Source: Candidatus Pacearchaeota archaeon
GTDB lineage: Bacteria > Patescibacteriota > Minisyncoccia > Minisyncoccales > UBA5738
Length of the DNA stretch: 52,701 nt
NCBI GenBank assembly: GCA_035362275.1
Contig: DAOSDI010000003.1
Coordinates: forward strand, 1-52,701
Direction of reading: 5' to 3'
Shown: positions 1 to 9,252 of the stretch, piece after piece
How positions within the stretch are numbered: position 1 is the stretch's first letter
How the letters are laid out: every line of letters starts with the position of its first letter
Notes under the pieces: model-generated
Told to the model about the DNA's origin: nothing
The model's input: the letters and a program-made list of their open reading frames with translations, nothing else
The model's database searches: none
Translations under genes and position numbers: made by a program

Positions 1-966
1 ACCGTTGCCTTTGTAGTTGCCGATCTCGGTTTTGCCGTCGCCGTTCCAGTCGCCGCCGATCGGTTTATCGGTAATCCCGCCAAACAATGATACTTTATCT
101 GCCGATGTTTGCCCCAACCATTGGTTATCCACATTTTGATTGATTTGATGAAGCGCGACCGCATCTGCGGGAATTCGGGAATAAAAATCGGCCGGACCGT
201 TAATCCCGTCTTTCATTCCATCGCATTTATTGTATAAAAAATAATTAAAATCAGTACTCCAATTGCCGGTTGGCGGATTAAGCACCAAACCATTTAACCC
301 GGAGGCGCTCACATTGCCATACATAGATTGAAGTGTATAATCACCGTCAGCCCGCCAAACCGAAGCAAACGCGCAGTTTTTTTCTGTGCAATCGGTACCG
401 CCGCTGGCGCCTACGCCGCCGCCATAACCAAGCTCATAACTCAAAGCTACCAACTTTCCAATATTATCCGGCGGAGTTGTATCATATAATAAAGTCATAT
501 GACTTTCCGATGTCAAAGGTGTCGCTCTTATTCCGCAACCGCCCACAATTACGATGACGCATCCCTTGATGGGAATTTTTACCGGCAATTGAAAATTTGT
601 TTCTAAATTCACCTTTTTATTATCTGAATTTTTCAATATATACGATGCCAGCCATGTGTGAGCCGGCAATGTCGCTTCGTTAAGCTCTGATCCGTTGATT
701 GGACAATTGCCGCCAGGAACATTCGCCACCCAAACCAAAGATTGGGTAAAAATCGGTTCAGTGGGAGTCATTGACACATAGCCCGATAATCCTTTAAAAT
801 ATACTTCCTCGGCGGGCAAAGGAAAAGAATAAACAACTCCCTTGCAATAAGGTTCATTAACCGTTGTTTGCGCCGCAAGATCAATACTTTCCTCCGCCGC
901 GAAAATACCCGCCGCAAAAAAAACACTTGCCAATGCAATCACAACACTGATAAAATTTTTTTTCAT
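1..966 (-). CDS. Secreted protein, partial (C-terminus runs off the left edge); FG-GAP/VCBS-like GDWNGDGKTEIG motif near the edge
   Basis: Hand translation of the reverse strand from ATG (complement of 964-966) is open to position 1. The N-terminus MKKNFISVVIALASVFFAAGIFAAEE looks like a signal peptide. It is absent from the ORF track because no stop lies in the window. Confidence 0.7.
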   Translation of the reverse strand, partial: MKKNFISVVIALASVFFAAGIFAAEESIDLAAQTTVNEPYCKGVVYSFPLPAEEVYFKGLSGYVSMTPTEPIFTQSLVWVANVPGGNCPINGSELNEATLPAHTWLASYILKNSDNKKVNLETNFQLPVKIPIKGCVIVIVGGCGIRATPLTSESHMTLLYDTTPPDNIGKLVALSYELGYGGGVGASGGTDCTEKNCAFASVWRADGDYTLQSMYGNVSASGLNGLVLNPPTGNWSTDFNYFLYNKCDGMKDGINGPADFYSRIPADAVALHQINQNVDNQWLGQTSADKVSLFGGITDKPIGGDWNGDGKTEIGNYKGNG

Positions 967-1244
967 AAATAATAATTATTCATTGAATTATTTTAACACG
1001 AAAAAACAAACGAAACATTACTCCCGTCCGTTTGGCCTTTGTTATTTTGCCAGAAGTAAATAATGCTTGGCAATTTCAACGGTTTTGTTTTTAAAGAATC
1101 CTAACTTGGCAAAAAATTATCCAGCGCCTTGCGCTTGATTTTTGAAATTATTTTGTTGATCATAGAAGTAAGGCTGGGTCAAATGGAGTTGGTAATGTGT
1201 TTTAGCTTCATTTTACTCCATTATTACTCCCATTGTAGTCAATT

Positions 1245-1622
1245 TTGTCAAAGTATTTATATATGAACCGAATAACGCTACACAAGCAATGGGTAGTGAA
1301 GGCGCCGGTTGAAGATGTGTTCGGGATAATAACCGACTTTGAGAAATTTCCAGAGTATTTTCCAAAAGTCGCTGAATCAAAAGGAACTTTTATTGACTAC
1401 ACCTATCAAGTCGCCATTCGCAAAAAATGGCTGCGTTTGGTCGCGGCGCCGTTGCTGCGGTGGTATTCAATGAAATACTGGGAAAAAGCGGTGATTGACC
1501 GGCTCAAAAACTCCTTGAGAAATAATATCAAAATTTACAGGGGTCCAACCCCTGATTTTTGGATTTTACTTCAGGAGATAGGCCGAAGAGGGGCCTTTGC
1601 CGGTTTGGGCGATCATTTTTAG
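1245..1622 (+). CDS. Short or truncated SRPBCC (polyketide cyclase/START-like) protein; the 3' end reads through a terminator hairpin and overlaps the Fic gene
   Basis: The N-terminal ITLHKQWVVKAPVEDVFGIITDFEKFPEYFP resembles an SRPBCC start, but the ORF is only 125 aa and appears to lack the central sheet. Its tail overlaps the convergent gene 1566-2621. Confidence 0.35.
   Translation: MSKYLYMNRITLHKQWVVKAPVEDVFGIITDFEKFPEYFPKVAESKGTFIDYTYQVAIRKKWLRLVAAPLLRWYSMKYWEKAVIDRLKNSLRNNIKIYRGPTPDFWILLQEIGRRGAFAGLGDHF
1538..1560. terminator. Hairpin caggggtccaacccctg plus T-run; the same 23 nt occurs at 3487-3509
   Basis: Stem CAGGGG/CCCCTG with loop tccaa, followed by attttt. It lies between convergent genes. 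Confidence 0.5.
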
Positions 1623-2621
1623 GGTCTTGAGTTTTTGTAAATGGAGTTGCGCGGTTCTTTTTGGAATTTTGAGAATATCAATTACATCTTTTACGGTGAT
1701 TTTGCCCATTTGCTCCATAAAATCGATGATTTTTAATTGTTCAGGCGTCAGGTAAATTTGCGATTCCAACTTTCCATCAATTTTTCGATGAGCCAAGGCG
1801 GTTACCTGTGCCTTGGTATTATCGATTTCGTTTTTAAATCCTTTGATAAAATACTCAAGCCATGGAGTAAAATCGGTGCGGCGTTCCTCGTAAGCTTCGC
1901 CAATGTTAATCGCCTTATAGTATTCCGGGCGGTTATTGTTGTAATAATCTTCCAGAGCAAACAATTTGCGGAAATCATAGCCGCGTTGATACAAGATCAA
2001 AGTTGCCACGGCCCGGGCAGTGCGGCCATTGCCATCGGCAAAAGGATGGATTGCGGCAATTTCCTGGTGCACAATCCCGGCAACCACAACCGGATTGATT
2101 TCTTGCGTTTGCGGTTCTCTTATCCAATTTATCAAATCAGTCACTAATTGAGGCACTTTTTGCGGAGTTGCGGCGGTGTAAATTATTTGGTCGGGAAATC
2201 CCAACCTTCTTTTCACCACATAAACCATACCTTTGCGATAATGGCCCGATTGTTCATCGGGTAAGGTTTTATCGGTGACCAGCTGTTGTATTTTAAGGAT
2301 TACTTTTTCCGAAATGGCATGTTTTTTCTCAACGATTTTGGTTATATGCCGCAACGCTTTTAAATAATTCTGGACTTCATAGACATCCCGCGCCGGCGCA
2401 TCAATTTTCTTGTGTTGGCACAAGGCCTCCACTTGCCTTAGATTGAGCATATTTCCTTCAATGCTTGTTGAGGCGTGCGTCATGCGGATCAACGCTTGGC
2501 GACGCAACCGAAGCTCTTGGGCGGGCAAAATCTTGGCCCGGCCAATGATCGCCCGGCTTTCGGCGATCTCAGTAAGCATCCGCACCATTTTGTCGGTCAG
2601 TTTATAAGAAGGGCTGAACAT
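1566..2621 (-). CDS. Fic/DOC family protein (AMPylase-type) with an N-terminal inhibitory-helix-like motif and a C-terminal wHTH-like tail
   Basis: Fic core HPFADGNGRTARAVA matches HxFx(D/E)GNGRxxR. STSIEGN resembles the (S/T)xxxE(G/N) inhibitory motif. Confidence 0.9.
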   Translation of the reverse strand: MFSPSYKLTDKMVRMLTEIAESRAIIGRAKILPAQELRLRRQALIRMTHASTSIEGNMLNLRQVEALCQHKKIDAPARDVYEVQNYLKALRHITKIVEKKHAISEKVILKIQQLVTDKTLPDEQSGHYRKGMVYVVKRRLGFPDQIIYTAATPQKVPQLVTDLINWIREPQTQEINPVVVAGIVHQEIAAIHPFADGNGRTARAVATLILYQRGYDFRKLFALEDYYNNNRPEYYKAINIGEAYEERRTDFTPWLEYFIKGFKNEIDNTKAQVTALAHRKIDGKLESQIYLTPEQLKIIDFMEQMGKITVKDVIDILKIPKRTAQLHLQKLKTLKMIAQTGKGPSSAYLLK

Positions 2622-2667
2622 AATTGATTCTTGGTATTGATGCTTTTATTTTATCAAATCCAGAACA

Positions 2668-2700
2668 ATCGCGCAAGAATCGCGCAAGAATCGCGCAAGA
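2668..2700. promoter_or_regulatory. Three exact tandem copies of the 11-bp unit atcgcgcaaga in the divergent Fic / histidine-phosphatase intergenic region
   Basis: Read directly: atcgcgcaaga x3 at 2668-2678, 2679-2689 and 2690-2700. An 11-bp period is about one helical turn. Confidence 0.6.
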
Positions 2701-2768
2701 AATATCAATTCCAAATGTTATATTTATGTTATATTTAAACATAACATTTTCGCGCGCCGGTTTTGACG

Positions 2769-2790
2769 ATATATTCCATATGGAATATAT
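2769..2790. promoter_or_regulatory. Perfect 22-bp palindrome atatattccatatggaatatat, a candidate operator
   Basis: The sequence is self-complementary. It lies 74 nt upstream of the 2864 start codon. Confidence 0.5.
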
Positions 2791-2863
2791 GGAAAATTTA
2801 AAATGATGATCGGGCGGGCGTGATTGACGCGAACGGGCGGTTTGTTAAGATGAGATTAAAATT

Positions 2864-3472
2864 ATGAAACTATATTTCGCGCGGCACGGGGAAACGGAGA
2901 GCAACCGGCAAAAAAGAATCGGGCGGTTTGGCGACCCGCTGACTGAAAATGGCCGTTTTCAGGCGCGGCGGATGGCCGCGCGGGTTGCGAAAGAACCGAT
3001 TGATTTGATTGTTGCCAGTCCGTATGAGAGGTCAAAAGAAACGGCCGCAATTATTGCCGGAGCCATTGGCAAGGAAGTCCGAGAGACTCCGTTACTCGCG
3101 GAAAAAAAATGGCCAAGCGCCATTGAAGGCAAGCTGCTGGAAGATTCGGAAGCCAAAAAGTTTTTTGATTTGCAAAAAGAAAAAAATATTGCCGACCCAA
3201 ATTGGCATCACAGCGATGAAGAAAACTTTTCGGACATTAAACGCCGCGCTTGGCTTTTTATTGATTATGTTTCCGGATTGAAACAAGAAAATATTTTAGC
3301 GGTATCCCATGAGTACTTCATTAAAGCGGTTATCGCCGCGATGATGCACGGCGACGCGCTCACCTATGAAATTTTCCGAAGCTTTTTTCATTTTGCCGTT
3401 TTGGACAACGCCTCGCTGACCCTCTGCCAAAAAGACCAAAACGCATGGAAACTAACCGCGCTTAACTATTGA
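2864..3472 (+). CDS. Histidine phosphatase (phosphoglycerate mutase family) protein
   Basis: The N-terminal LYFARHGETESN carries the RHG catalytic motif. A downstream SHEYF histidine is present. Confidence 0.85.
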   Translation: MKLYFARHGETESNRQKRIGRFGDPLTENGRFQARRMAARVAKEPIDLIVASPYERSKETAAIIAGAIGKEVRETPLLAEKKWPSAIEGKLLEDSEAKKFFDLQKEKNIADPNWHHSDEENFSDIKRRAWLFIDYVSGLKQENILAVSHEYFIKAVIAAMMHGDALTYEIFRSFFHFAVLDNASLTLCQKDQNAWKLTALNY

Positions 3473-3480
3473 TAAATTTC

Positions 3481-3509
3481 AAAAATCAGGGGTCCAACCC
3501 CTGATTTTT
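3481..3509. terminator. Bidirectional rho-independent terminator aaaaatcaggggtccaacccctgattttt
   Basis: The GC stem is flanked by an A-run and a T-run. It lies between convergent genes 2864-3472 (+) and 3556-4026 (-). Confidence 0.7.
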
Positions 3510-3555
3510 GTTTTTTAAAGTGGCGGGCGATTCAATAAAAAAGACGAGCGTGAGG

Positions 3556-4026
3556 TTAGGATTCTTTTTCTCCTTCCCCTTGCCCGTTTATTACGCGAAG
3601 AGCTTCTGGCACGGTTAATTTTAAGATGACAATAATTTGGTTTGCCATTGTCTCCGCGATCCAATTGGACTGCCTTATGAATATTTCCGGAAAGATTTTG
3701 TTCTCGAGGTAGGTTATTTTGACGAAGTCAAAATAACTGATAGAAATTTCCAATGAGGAGCCAATTCTAATTTTATCTCCAAAATTTCTGACAGGGATGC
3801 CTCTGTCAAGTAGCTCCCTCGCCAATTTGATTAAGAAATCTCTTTCTTCCAGCGTTTCTTTGAGGCTGGAAATATTTTGATCTTTGTCGCTGACCCTCAA
3901 GAGCAACTTAACCGTGGCAACCAATAATATTACTATTAATATTATTGCAATAACAAACGCAATAACAAATGAGATTTGCCATGGCTGATACGGCTCCAGT
4001 AAAATGTTTATATCATTAATATCCAT
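3556..4026 (-). CDS. Hypothetical membrane-anchored protein
   Basis: The internal ATG at 4026 is preceded by aaggagg. A hydrophobic segment ISFVIAFVIAIILIVILLVATV follows. The ORF-track start at 4092 lacks an RBS. Confidence 0.55.
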   Translation of the reverse strand: MDINDINILLEPYQPWQISFVIAFVIAIILIVILLVATVKLLLRVSDKDQNISSLKETLEERDFLIKLARELLDRGIPVRNFGDKIRIGSSLEISISYFDFVKITYLENKIFPEIFIRQSNWIAETMANQIIVILKLTVPEALRVINGQGEGEKES

Positions 4027-4249
4027 CAAGTGCCTCCTTTTCAAAGTGCGAGAATCCTCCCCGCAAAAACAGATTAAGCCAAAAATCGCCATTAGTCAAC
4101 ATTACACCATTGGGCGATATGATTTGCGGAGACAAGACCTTTGCTATGTTTCTGATAGCTCAGTCCGGATGAAGCCAATCGGAAAGTTAAATGTGATTAG
4201 AGCGGTTTTGGCGGCTTGCCAAAATCGGATTTTGTTCTACATTTAAGGT

Positions 4250-4906
4250 ATGCACATAACAATCAAGGATCCGGTTAGCGGCTATTCCCATCTGATCGGG
4301 GCGATTTTGGCTTTTGCCGGAACAATCGCGCTGGCGCAAAAGGCGGACGGCGCGCGCCAAATGTCGGCATTTCTCATTTTCGGCGTTTCGGCGTTTTTGC
4401 TCTATGGAACCAGCGCTTGGTATCATTTGTTCGGATCGGGCGGCGGGAAGATCGGTTTGGTCCGCAAGCTGGACCACGCTTTCATCTATGTTCTCATTGC
4501 CGGAACCTTCACGCCATTTTGCTTGATACTCGCGGGCGGATTTTGGGGCGCCGCTCTTTTTGCGGCGGTTTGGATTCTGGCCGGCATCGGCGCCGCCGCG
4601 ATCTTTTTCCCTTCGTTTTGGAAATCCTTTCCGCGCGGCGCGGCCACCGGCCTTTATCTGCTGATGGGCTGGATCGGCGCGATATTGATCTATCCGCTCA
4701 GAAAACATCCCGTGGCCATTGCGCTGTTGCTGCTCGGCGGAATTTTCTACACCATCGGCGCGATTATTTACGCAATCAAAAAACCGAACCCGAGCAAGGC
4801 CGTGGGATTTCACGAACTTTTCCATTTTTTTGTTCTGGCGGGCACTTCCGTCCATTTTTATTGCATCTATCGTTATGCCGCCGGCCAAAGTTTTTTTTCG
4901 CCATAG
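4250..4906 (+). CDS. Hemolysin III / PAQR family membrane protein
   Basis: A seven-TM-like profile with conserved YSHLIGA, LDHAFIYVLIAGTFTPF and HELFHFFVLAGTSVHF. Confidence 0.85.
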   Translation: MHITIKDPVSGYSHLIGAILAFAGTIALAQKADGARQMSAFLIFGVSAFLLYGTSAWYHLFGSGGGKIGLVRKLDHAFIYVLIAGTFTPFCLILAGGFWGAALFAAVWILAGIGAAAIFFPSFWKSFPRGAATGLYLLMGWIGAILIYPLRKHPVAIALLLLGGIFYTIGAIIYAIKKPNPSKAVGFHELFHFFVLAGTSVHFYCIYRYAAGQSFFSP

Positions 4907-4983
4907 AAGGCGCACCTCCGGATTCCGCCGCCACTGGCAAAAGCTTGAATTAAATTTTGTTTGCGTTAGTATCAAAATACATT

Positions 4984-5202
4984 ATGAAAAAAATCGATTT
5001 AAAAAATGTGGTTTGGAAAGAAAGCAAATATTATGTGGCGTGGAATTTGAACACCGCCATTTCCAACTTTGGAAAAACCCGCAAAGAAGCAATGGAATGT
5101 TTGCAGGAGGCGTTGGAATTGCATTTTGAAGACGCGTCCGTTTCCGAAGTTAATAAAGTGGAGCGGCCGGATTTGATTCCGACCAGTTTTAAATATGCCT
5201 AA
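4984..5202 (+). CDS. HicB-like antitoxin
   Basis: YYVAWNLNTAISNFGKTRKEAMECLQEALELHFED is HicB N-domain-like. The gene overlaps the next gene by 8 nt. Confidence 0.65.
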   Translation: MKKIDLKNVVWKESKYYVAWNLNTAISNFGKTRKEAMECLQEALELHFEDASVSEVNKVERPDLIPTSFKYA

Positions 5203-5410
5203 ACCCGTTCAATTGAATTTGATTTTAAAAGTCCTTAAAGAAAAGGGCTTCTTTTTTATCCGGCAGAAGGAGTCGCATGCGCGATTTCGCAAAATTGGCA
5301 ATCCAACCCGCAATGTTACCGTCAAAATGGCAGACAAGGAAATTCCTTATGGCACATTCCAATCAATACTGCTCCAATCCGGATTAAGGGAAGAGGATTT
5401 TTTCGGTTGA
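5195..5410 (+). CDS. HicA-like mRNA interferase toxin
   Basis: A 71-aa protein. LKEKGFFFIRQKESHARFRK resembles the HicA dsRBD-like fold with its catalytic His. It is paired with the upstream HicB-like gene. Confidence 0.7.
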   Translation: MPKPVQLNLILKVLKEKGFFFIRQKESHARFRKIGNPTRNVTVKMADKEIPYGTFQSILLQSGLREEDFFG

Positions 5411-5417
5411 TGAATTT

Positions 5418-5822
5418 ATGGCGGACGCATTTATAGACAAAATTGCATTGATTTATATTAAAAACCGGCAAATTCTGATGGCGTTGAGCAAGGGCAAGGA
5501 TGCGTATTATATTCCGGGAGGAAAACGCGAAGGTAACGAAACCGATAAGCAGGCATTGGTTCGCGAAATCAGAGAGGAATTGAATGTCAAAATATTGCCG
5601 CAAACAATGGAATACTATGGCGTTTTCACGGCGCAGGCGCACGGCAAGCCTGCGGGCGTGACAGTGCAGATGGCATGCTATGCGGGAAATTTTTCCGGGC
5701 AAGCGCAACCCGGCGCGGAAATCCAAGACCTGACCTATTACGGTTACTCCCGGCGCAACATCGTCGGCCCGGTTGACCAATTGATTTTTGACAACCTGAA
5801 AAAGAAAAATTTAATTGATTAA
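5418..5822 (+). CDS. NUDIX hydrolase
   Basis: Nudix box GGKREGNETDKQALVREIREELNV. Confidence 0.85.
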   Translation: MADAFIDKIALIYIKNRQILMALSKGKDAYYIPGGKREGNETDKQALVREIREELNVKILPQTMEYYGVFTAQAHGKPAGVTVQMACYAGNFSGQAQPGAEIQDLTYYGYSRRNIVGPVDQLIFDNLKKKNLID

Positions 5823-5937
5823 AAATTTATGGCAACATCCGAAGAATTACAAATACAGATAAATGCACTTGAAAAGCAATCGGAAGATTTAAAATCACAA
5901 TTGCAGATATAAGACAAAAGAAAGATTTATAACTTTC

Positions 5938-6393
5938 ATGAAGGAAATAGAGAGAAATATCGTTTCGGCGCTGATTTTTGCCAAGGATGGCAAATTATTC
6001 CAGGGAATGAAAGACTCCGCGAAGGGCGGAGTTTATTCTGATTGCTGGCATATTCCCGGCGGCGGGGTCAAAGAGGGCGAGGACAAAGAGGAGGCTTTGA
6101 AAAGAGAGATCGGCGAAGAGACGGGGATTGATGTTTCCGGATATAAAATTGTTTTGATTGACGGGACGGGAAGAGGCGAATCAATCAAAACCATGGCAAC
6201 CGGGAAAAATGTCATTTGCAAAATGAAATTTTTTGTCTATAAAGTTGAAATTAACGATAGAAATTCGGACGAAATCAAAGTGAGCCTTGATGATGATCTG
6301 GTAAAATACCGATGGACGGATCCAAAAGAATTGAGCGGTTTGAAATTAACTCCGCCCTCAACGGAATTGTTTGAAAAACTGGGATATTTGTGA
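5938..6393 (+). CDS. NUDIX hydrolase
   Basis: Nudix box GGGVKEGEDKEEALKREIGEETGI. Confidence 0.85.
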   Translation: MKEIERNIVSALIFAKDGKLFQGMKDSAKGGVYSDCWHIPGGGVKEGEDKEEALKREIGEETGIDVSGYKIVLIDGTGRGESIKTMATGKNVICKMKFFVYKVEINDRNSDEIKVSLDDDLVKYRWTDPKELSGLKLTPPSTELFEKLGYL

Positions 6394-6429
6394 ATTCCAG
6401 CGATGCCGCGGTTTAAAAATCTTGATTTA

Positions 6430-6681
6430 ATGTATTTCGTCTATCTTCTCCAATGTTGCGGCGGCAGTATTTACACCGGCATCGCCACGGATGTGGCGCG
6501 GCGTTTTGGCGAGCACAAAAACAAAAAAGGCGGCGCCTATACCGCTTCGCACCGGGCGGAAAAGATAATTCATACCGAGGAATTTGCCACAAGATCGCTG
6601 GCGTTAAAACGCGAGGCCGAAATCAAGCGCTGGCCGCGGGCAAAAAAACTTGCCTTGGCAAATTCATCAAACTTGATTTGA
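6430..6681 (+). CDS. GIY-YIG nuclease superfamily protein (UPF0213/YhbQ-like)
   Basis: MYFVYLLQCCGGSIYTGIATDVARRFGEHK carries the GIY-YIG signature. The start was moved to the ATG at 6430. Confidence 0.8.
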   Translation: MYFVYLLQCCGGSIYTGIATDVARRFGEHKNKKGGAYTASHRAEKIIHTEEFATRSLALKREAEIKRWPRAKKLALANSSNLI

Positions 6682-6889
6682 GCGTTATGCGATGTTTTGA
6701 AGGCGGCGAGCTTTGCTGCTTACCTTGCTACATAACAAAGTAAGTAATAAGGTAAGTGGCAAGATAAACGGCAAGGCGAGGGGCCGGGCGGCAGTCAAGT
6801 CGGCCGGGCGCGGTTGCTGGCGCGGGATGTTCGGCGGCGGGAAAATAAAATTGTATAATAGATCCAGAGCGTTAATATCCCAATATTAT

Positions 6890-8212
6890 ATGAATAAAAA
6901 AATTATCACCACATCGGCGATCGCGGTTTTGATCGCCACGGGGGCGATCGGCGTTTATTTTTGGCAATCGTTGGCCCGCGAAGGGAACCGGGCGGAAAAC
7001 CGGCAAACGGAAGATCGGCAAGCCGAGGAAGCGGCGGCGAAAGAAACGGTCGTTGGTTTCGGCCGCGCGTTGAAAAATGTTTCATTGCTGTCGCCGGCGG
7101 CCGCGGAAGATATTGAAGCAAACTATCGGGATTTTCTTGATCCGGCGTTGCTGGCGCAATGGAAGGCCGATCCGTCAAAGGCATTGGGCCGGACGACTTC
7201 CAGCCCTTGGCCGGAAAGCATTGAAATCGGGAGTATCGGCAGATTCGGTTCCGGCGCCTATGATGTGAGCGGAAAAATCATTGATATGACCAGCGCCGGC
7301 ATGGCCGGATCGCGGGCGGTCCAAATCGGGGTGGTCAAATTCGGCGATCGCTGGCTCATAACCGGAGCGTCGACAATCGCCCCGGAAGAAAACTCTCTTT
7401 GGAAAGAATATCGCGGAGACGGCGTTTCGTTCCGGTATCCGGAGAAACTGACCGCCGGATATATTTCTGTCGCGGAATGGCCGCCGACGGTTGAGATCAA
7501 ATCCGGCGATTTTTCTTGCGCGGAAACGCCGCAAGAAGTAAGCGGCATGATGGAAATAACCAGCCAAAGAATAGTTGATAGCCGGATCTATTGCGTTAAT
7601 GTCAAAAACGAAGGCGCCGCGGGCAGTGTTTATTCTTCCTATATTTATACGACTCCCGTTCGGGGAAAGTTGGTTTTTGCCAGTTTTGTTTTGCGCTATC
7701 CGAATTGCGCCAGTTACGACGAGGAACAAAATCGGGCCTGCACCGGCGAGCGGGAGGCGTTTGACCTTGACGCCACCGTGGATCGCATCGTCCAGACCGT
7801 CAGTTGGGATTCAGCTTTTAGCGAAGATATTTTGGCTAATCAAATATTAAAGTGTTCGGCATCAAGCTATTCGGGGGACAAAGAAAAGTGTGACGAATTA
7901 TTAAAACAGATAATTGATTTTGATTCTTGCGTGATGGCGGGCTTTCCAATATTAAAATCCAATCCGGCCCAATGCCAGACGATTGACGGCAGAATTTTTA
8001 TTCAGGAAACGAACAGCGCCTGGGAGCAGGCATTATCGGCCGTCAATAACTGCGAGGTTGAAAAAGCTTTTCAAACGCATGGCCGGATCGTAACCCTTAC
8101 GCTTAAAAACGGCAACAAATTGATCGCCCAAGAACCGCAAATTGACGATATAATCAAAGCGGTGGAAGCGTCTGAATCAAAATGCGGCAAAATTCCAATA
8201 GGAACGGAGTGA
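6890..8212 (+). CDS. Hypothetical secreted or membrane-anchored protein
   Basis: The internal start MNKKIITTSAIAVLIATGAIGVYFW is a signal anchor. The upstream part of ORF 6713 is basic, low-complexity sequence and unlikely to be coding. Confidence 0.7.
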   Translation: MNKKIITTSAIAVLIATGAIGVYFWQSLAREGNRAENRQTEDRQAEEAAAKETVVGFGRALKNVSLLSPAAAEDIEANYRDFLDPALLAQWKADPSKALGRTTSSPWPESIEIGSIGRFGSGAYDVSGKIIDMTSAGMAGSRAVQIGVVKFGDRWLITGASTIAPEENSLWKEYRGDGVSFRYPEKLTAGYISVAEWPPTVEIKSGDFSCAETPQEVSGMMEITSQRIVDSRIYCVNVKNEGAAGSVYSSYIYTTPVRGKLVFASFVLRYPNCASYDEEQNRACTGEREAFDLDATVDRIVQTVSWDSAFSEDILANQILKCSASSYSGDKEKCDELLKQIIDFDSCVMAGFPILKSNPAQCQTIDGRIFIQETNSAWEQALSAVNNCEVEKAFQTHGRIVTLTLKNGNKLIAQEPQIDDIIKAVEASESKCGKIPIGTE

Positions 8213-8292
8213 TTGTCGGGGAGCGGGAGGACAAACTCGCAGAAGCAAGACTTCCGCAAACCGTTTGGTAAAAAAAGACGGGCAGATTATTT

Positions 8293-8451
8293 TTAAATAA
8301 AACCCATCAAGTGCGCAACAATATCGAGCGTAGCGATTAGCCCGCAAAATAGTTGTATCGCTAAAACCGCGTAGTTTTTAACACGATATGTTGGTATTGC
8401 CAGCACTACCACGGCAAATAAAATGAAAAGTGCCAACACCAATGTGTCCAT
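8293..8451 (-). CDS. Small (52 aa) two-TM membrane protein
   Basis: Hand-translated as MDTLVLALFILFAVVVLAIPTYRVKNYAVLAIQLFCGLIATLDIVAHLMGFI. The start is preceded by aaggaggtgaagct. It is below the ORF-track length cut-off. Confidence 0.45.
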   Translation of the reverse strand: MDTLVLALFILFAVVVLAIPTYRVKNYAVLAIQLFCGLIATLDIVAHLMGFI

Positions 8452-8618
8452 AGCTTCACCTCCTTGGGTGGTATATTGCCATAAAAATTAGTGAAGTCAA
8501 TATGTCAACTGTTTGCATGCGAATAAAATTCCAAAAGTGCCGCGCGAAAGCGGGACTTTTAGTCGAAGCCAGTGCAGTTGAAGCTAATTTGGCAACAGAC
8601 CCATAAGATAAAGATTGT

Positions 8619-9203
8619 GTGAGTAAAGTATTTACATTGTTGGAGGTCTATTACGCTTTCAACATTTCCGGCTTCGGTGCCGGTTGGGATAACCTTAACG
8701 AATGCGAGCTTTATGATTTCATCGGCATTATAAAGCAATACCGCGAATACGGTGTCTTGGTGAATTATTTAATTCTTCAAGACGGCACCGTAGTTTGCCT
8801 TGCCGAGAATGACAGCCGGGTCTGGCACGCAAAGGGCTATGATAATAATTCTCTGGGTGTCAGATTCGTCGCGTTGAACGCGACAATTGCCGCGCGGCTT
8901 TCAAGGCAAAAGGGAAGGGAGATATTGCCGGGGCCGAATGACCGGCAGTATGAAGCGCTTGGGCGGTTAGTCGCGGAGCTGAAAGATGGCGCCTATCCCA
9001 ATATTGTTGAGGTTGTGGGATGCGATGAACTTAAAGCCGCACAAAACGTCACGGTGCCGGATTCAGAGATTGATTGGCAGAAAGCCAATCGCCATCTTGA
9101 ACGGCGCGGCTTGGAAATCCGTCATTTTTTCCGACAAACATCGTCCTTAATTTTTAAGGATTTTTTATTTAAATTTTGCGTTGCGCTTGAGGCGATGCTT
9201 TGA
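8619..9203 (+). CDS. N-acetylmuramoyl-L-alanine amidase-like (amidase_2/PGRP fold) protein
   Basis: VWHAKGYDNNSLGVRFV resembles the amidase_2 H-x-G-x-N-x-x-S-hGh motif. The start codon is GTG. Confidence 0.6.
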   Translation: MSKVFTLLEVYYAFNISGFGAGWDNLNECELYDFIGIIKQYREYGVLVNYLILQDGTVVCLAENDSRVWHAKGYDNNSLGVRFVALNATIAARLSRQKGREILPGPNDRQYEALGRLVAELKDGAYPNIVEVVGCDELKAAQNVTVPDSEIDWQKANRHLERRGLEIRHFFRQTSSLIFKDFLFKFCVALEAML

Positions 9204-9252
9204 ATCGGGAAAATTTTTGGTAGAATGTGGGAAATAATATAATTTTGGGAAA

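Noticed and set aside
2668-2700. Possible CRISPR-like array (exact short tandem repeats)
   Set aside because: The units are 11 bp and directly abutting, with no spacers. No cas genes are present. No other regularly spaced 25-40-bp repeats were seen anywhere in the window.
4187-4975. Long antisense or alternative-frame ORFs opposite real genes (also 12414-13166, 18153-19178, 24789-25400, 38594-39613, 47651-48352, 11105-11629)
   Set aside because: They are Arg/Gly/Pro-rich shadow ORFs lying entirely within genes that carry clear catalytic motifs on the other strand or frame. They have no independent motifs or RBS.
5829-5912. 27-aa ORF (MATSEELQIQINALEKQSEDLKSQLQI) between the two NUDIX genes
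   Set aside because: It has no recognisable RBS and is too short to evaluate. It is kept only as a note.
6713-6889. Upstream 59 codons of ORF 6713-8212
   Set aside because: The sequence is Gly/Arg/Lys low-complexity and overlaps the GIY-YIG gene's downstream region. A signal-anchor-type start (MNKKIITTSAIAVLIA) at 6890 fits better.
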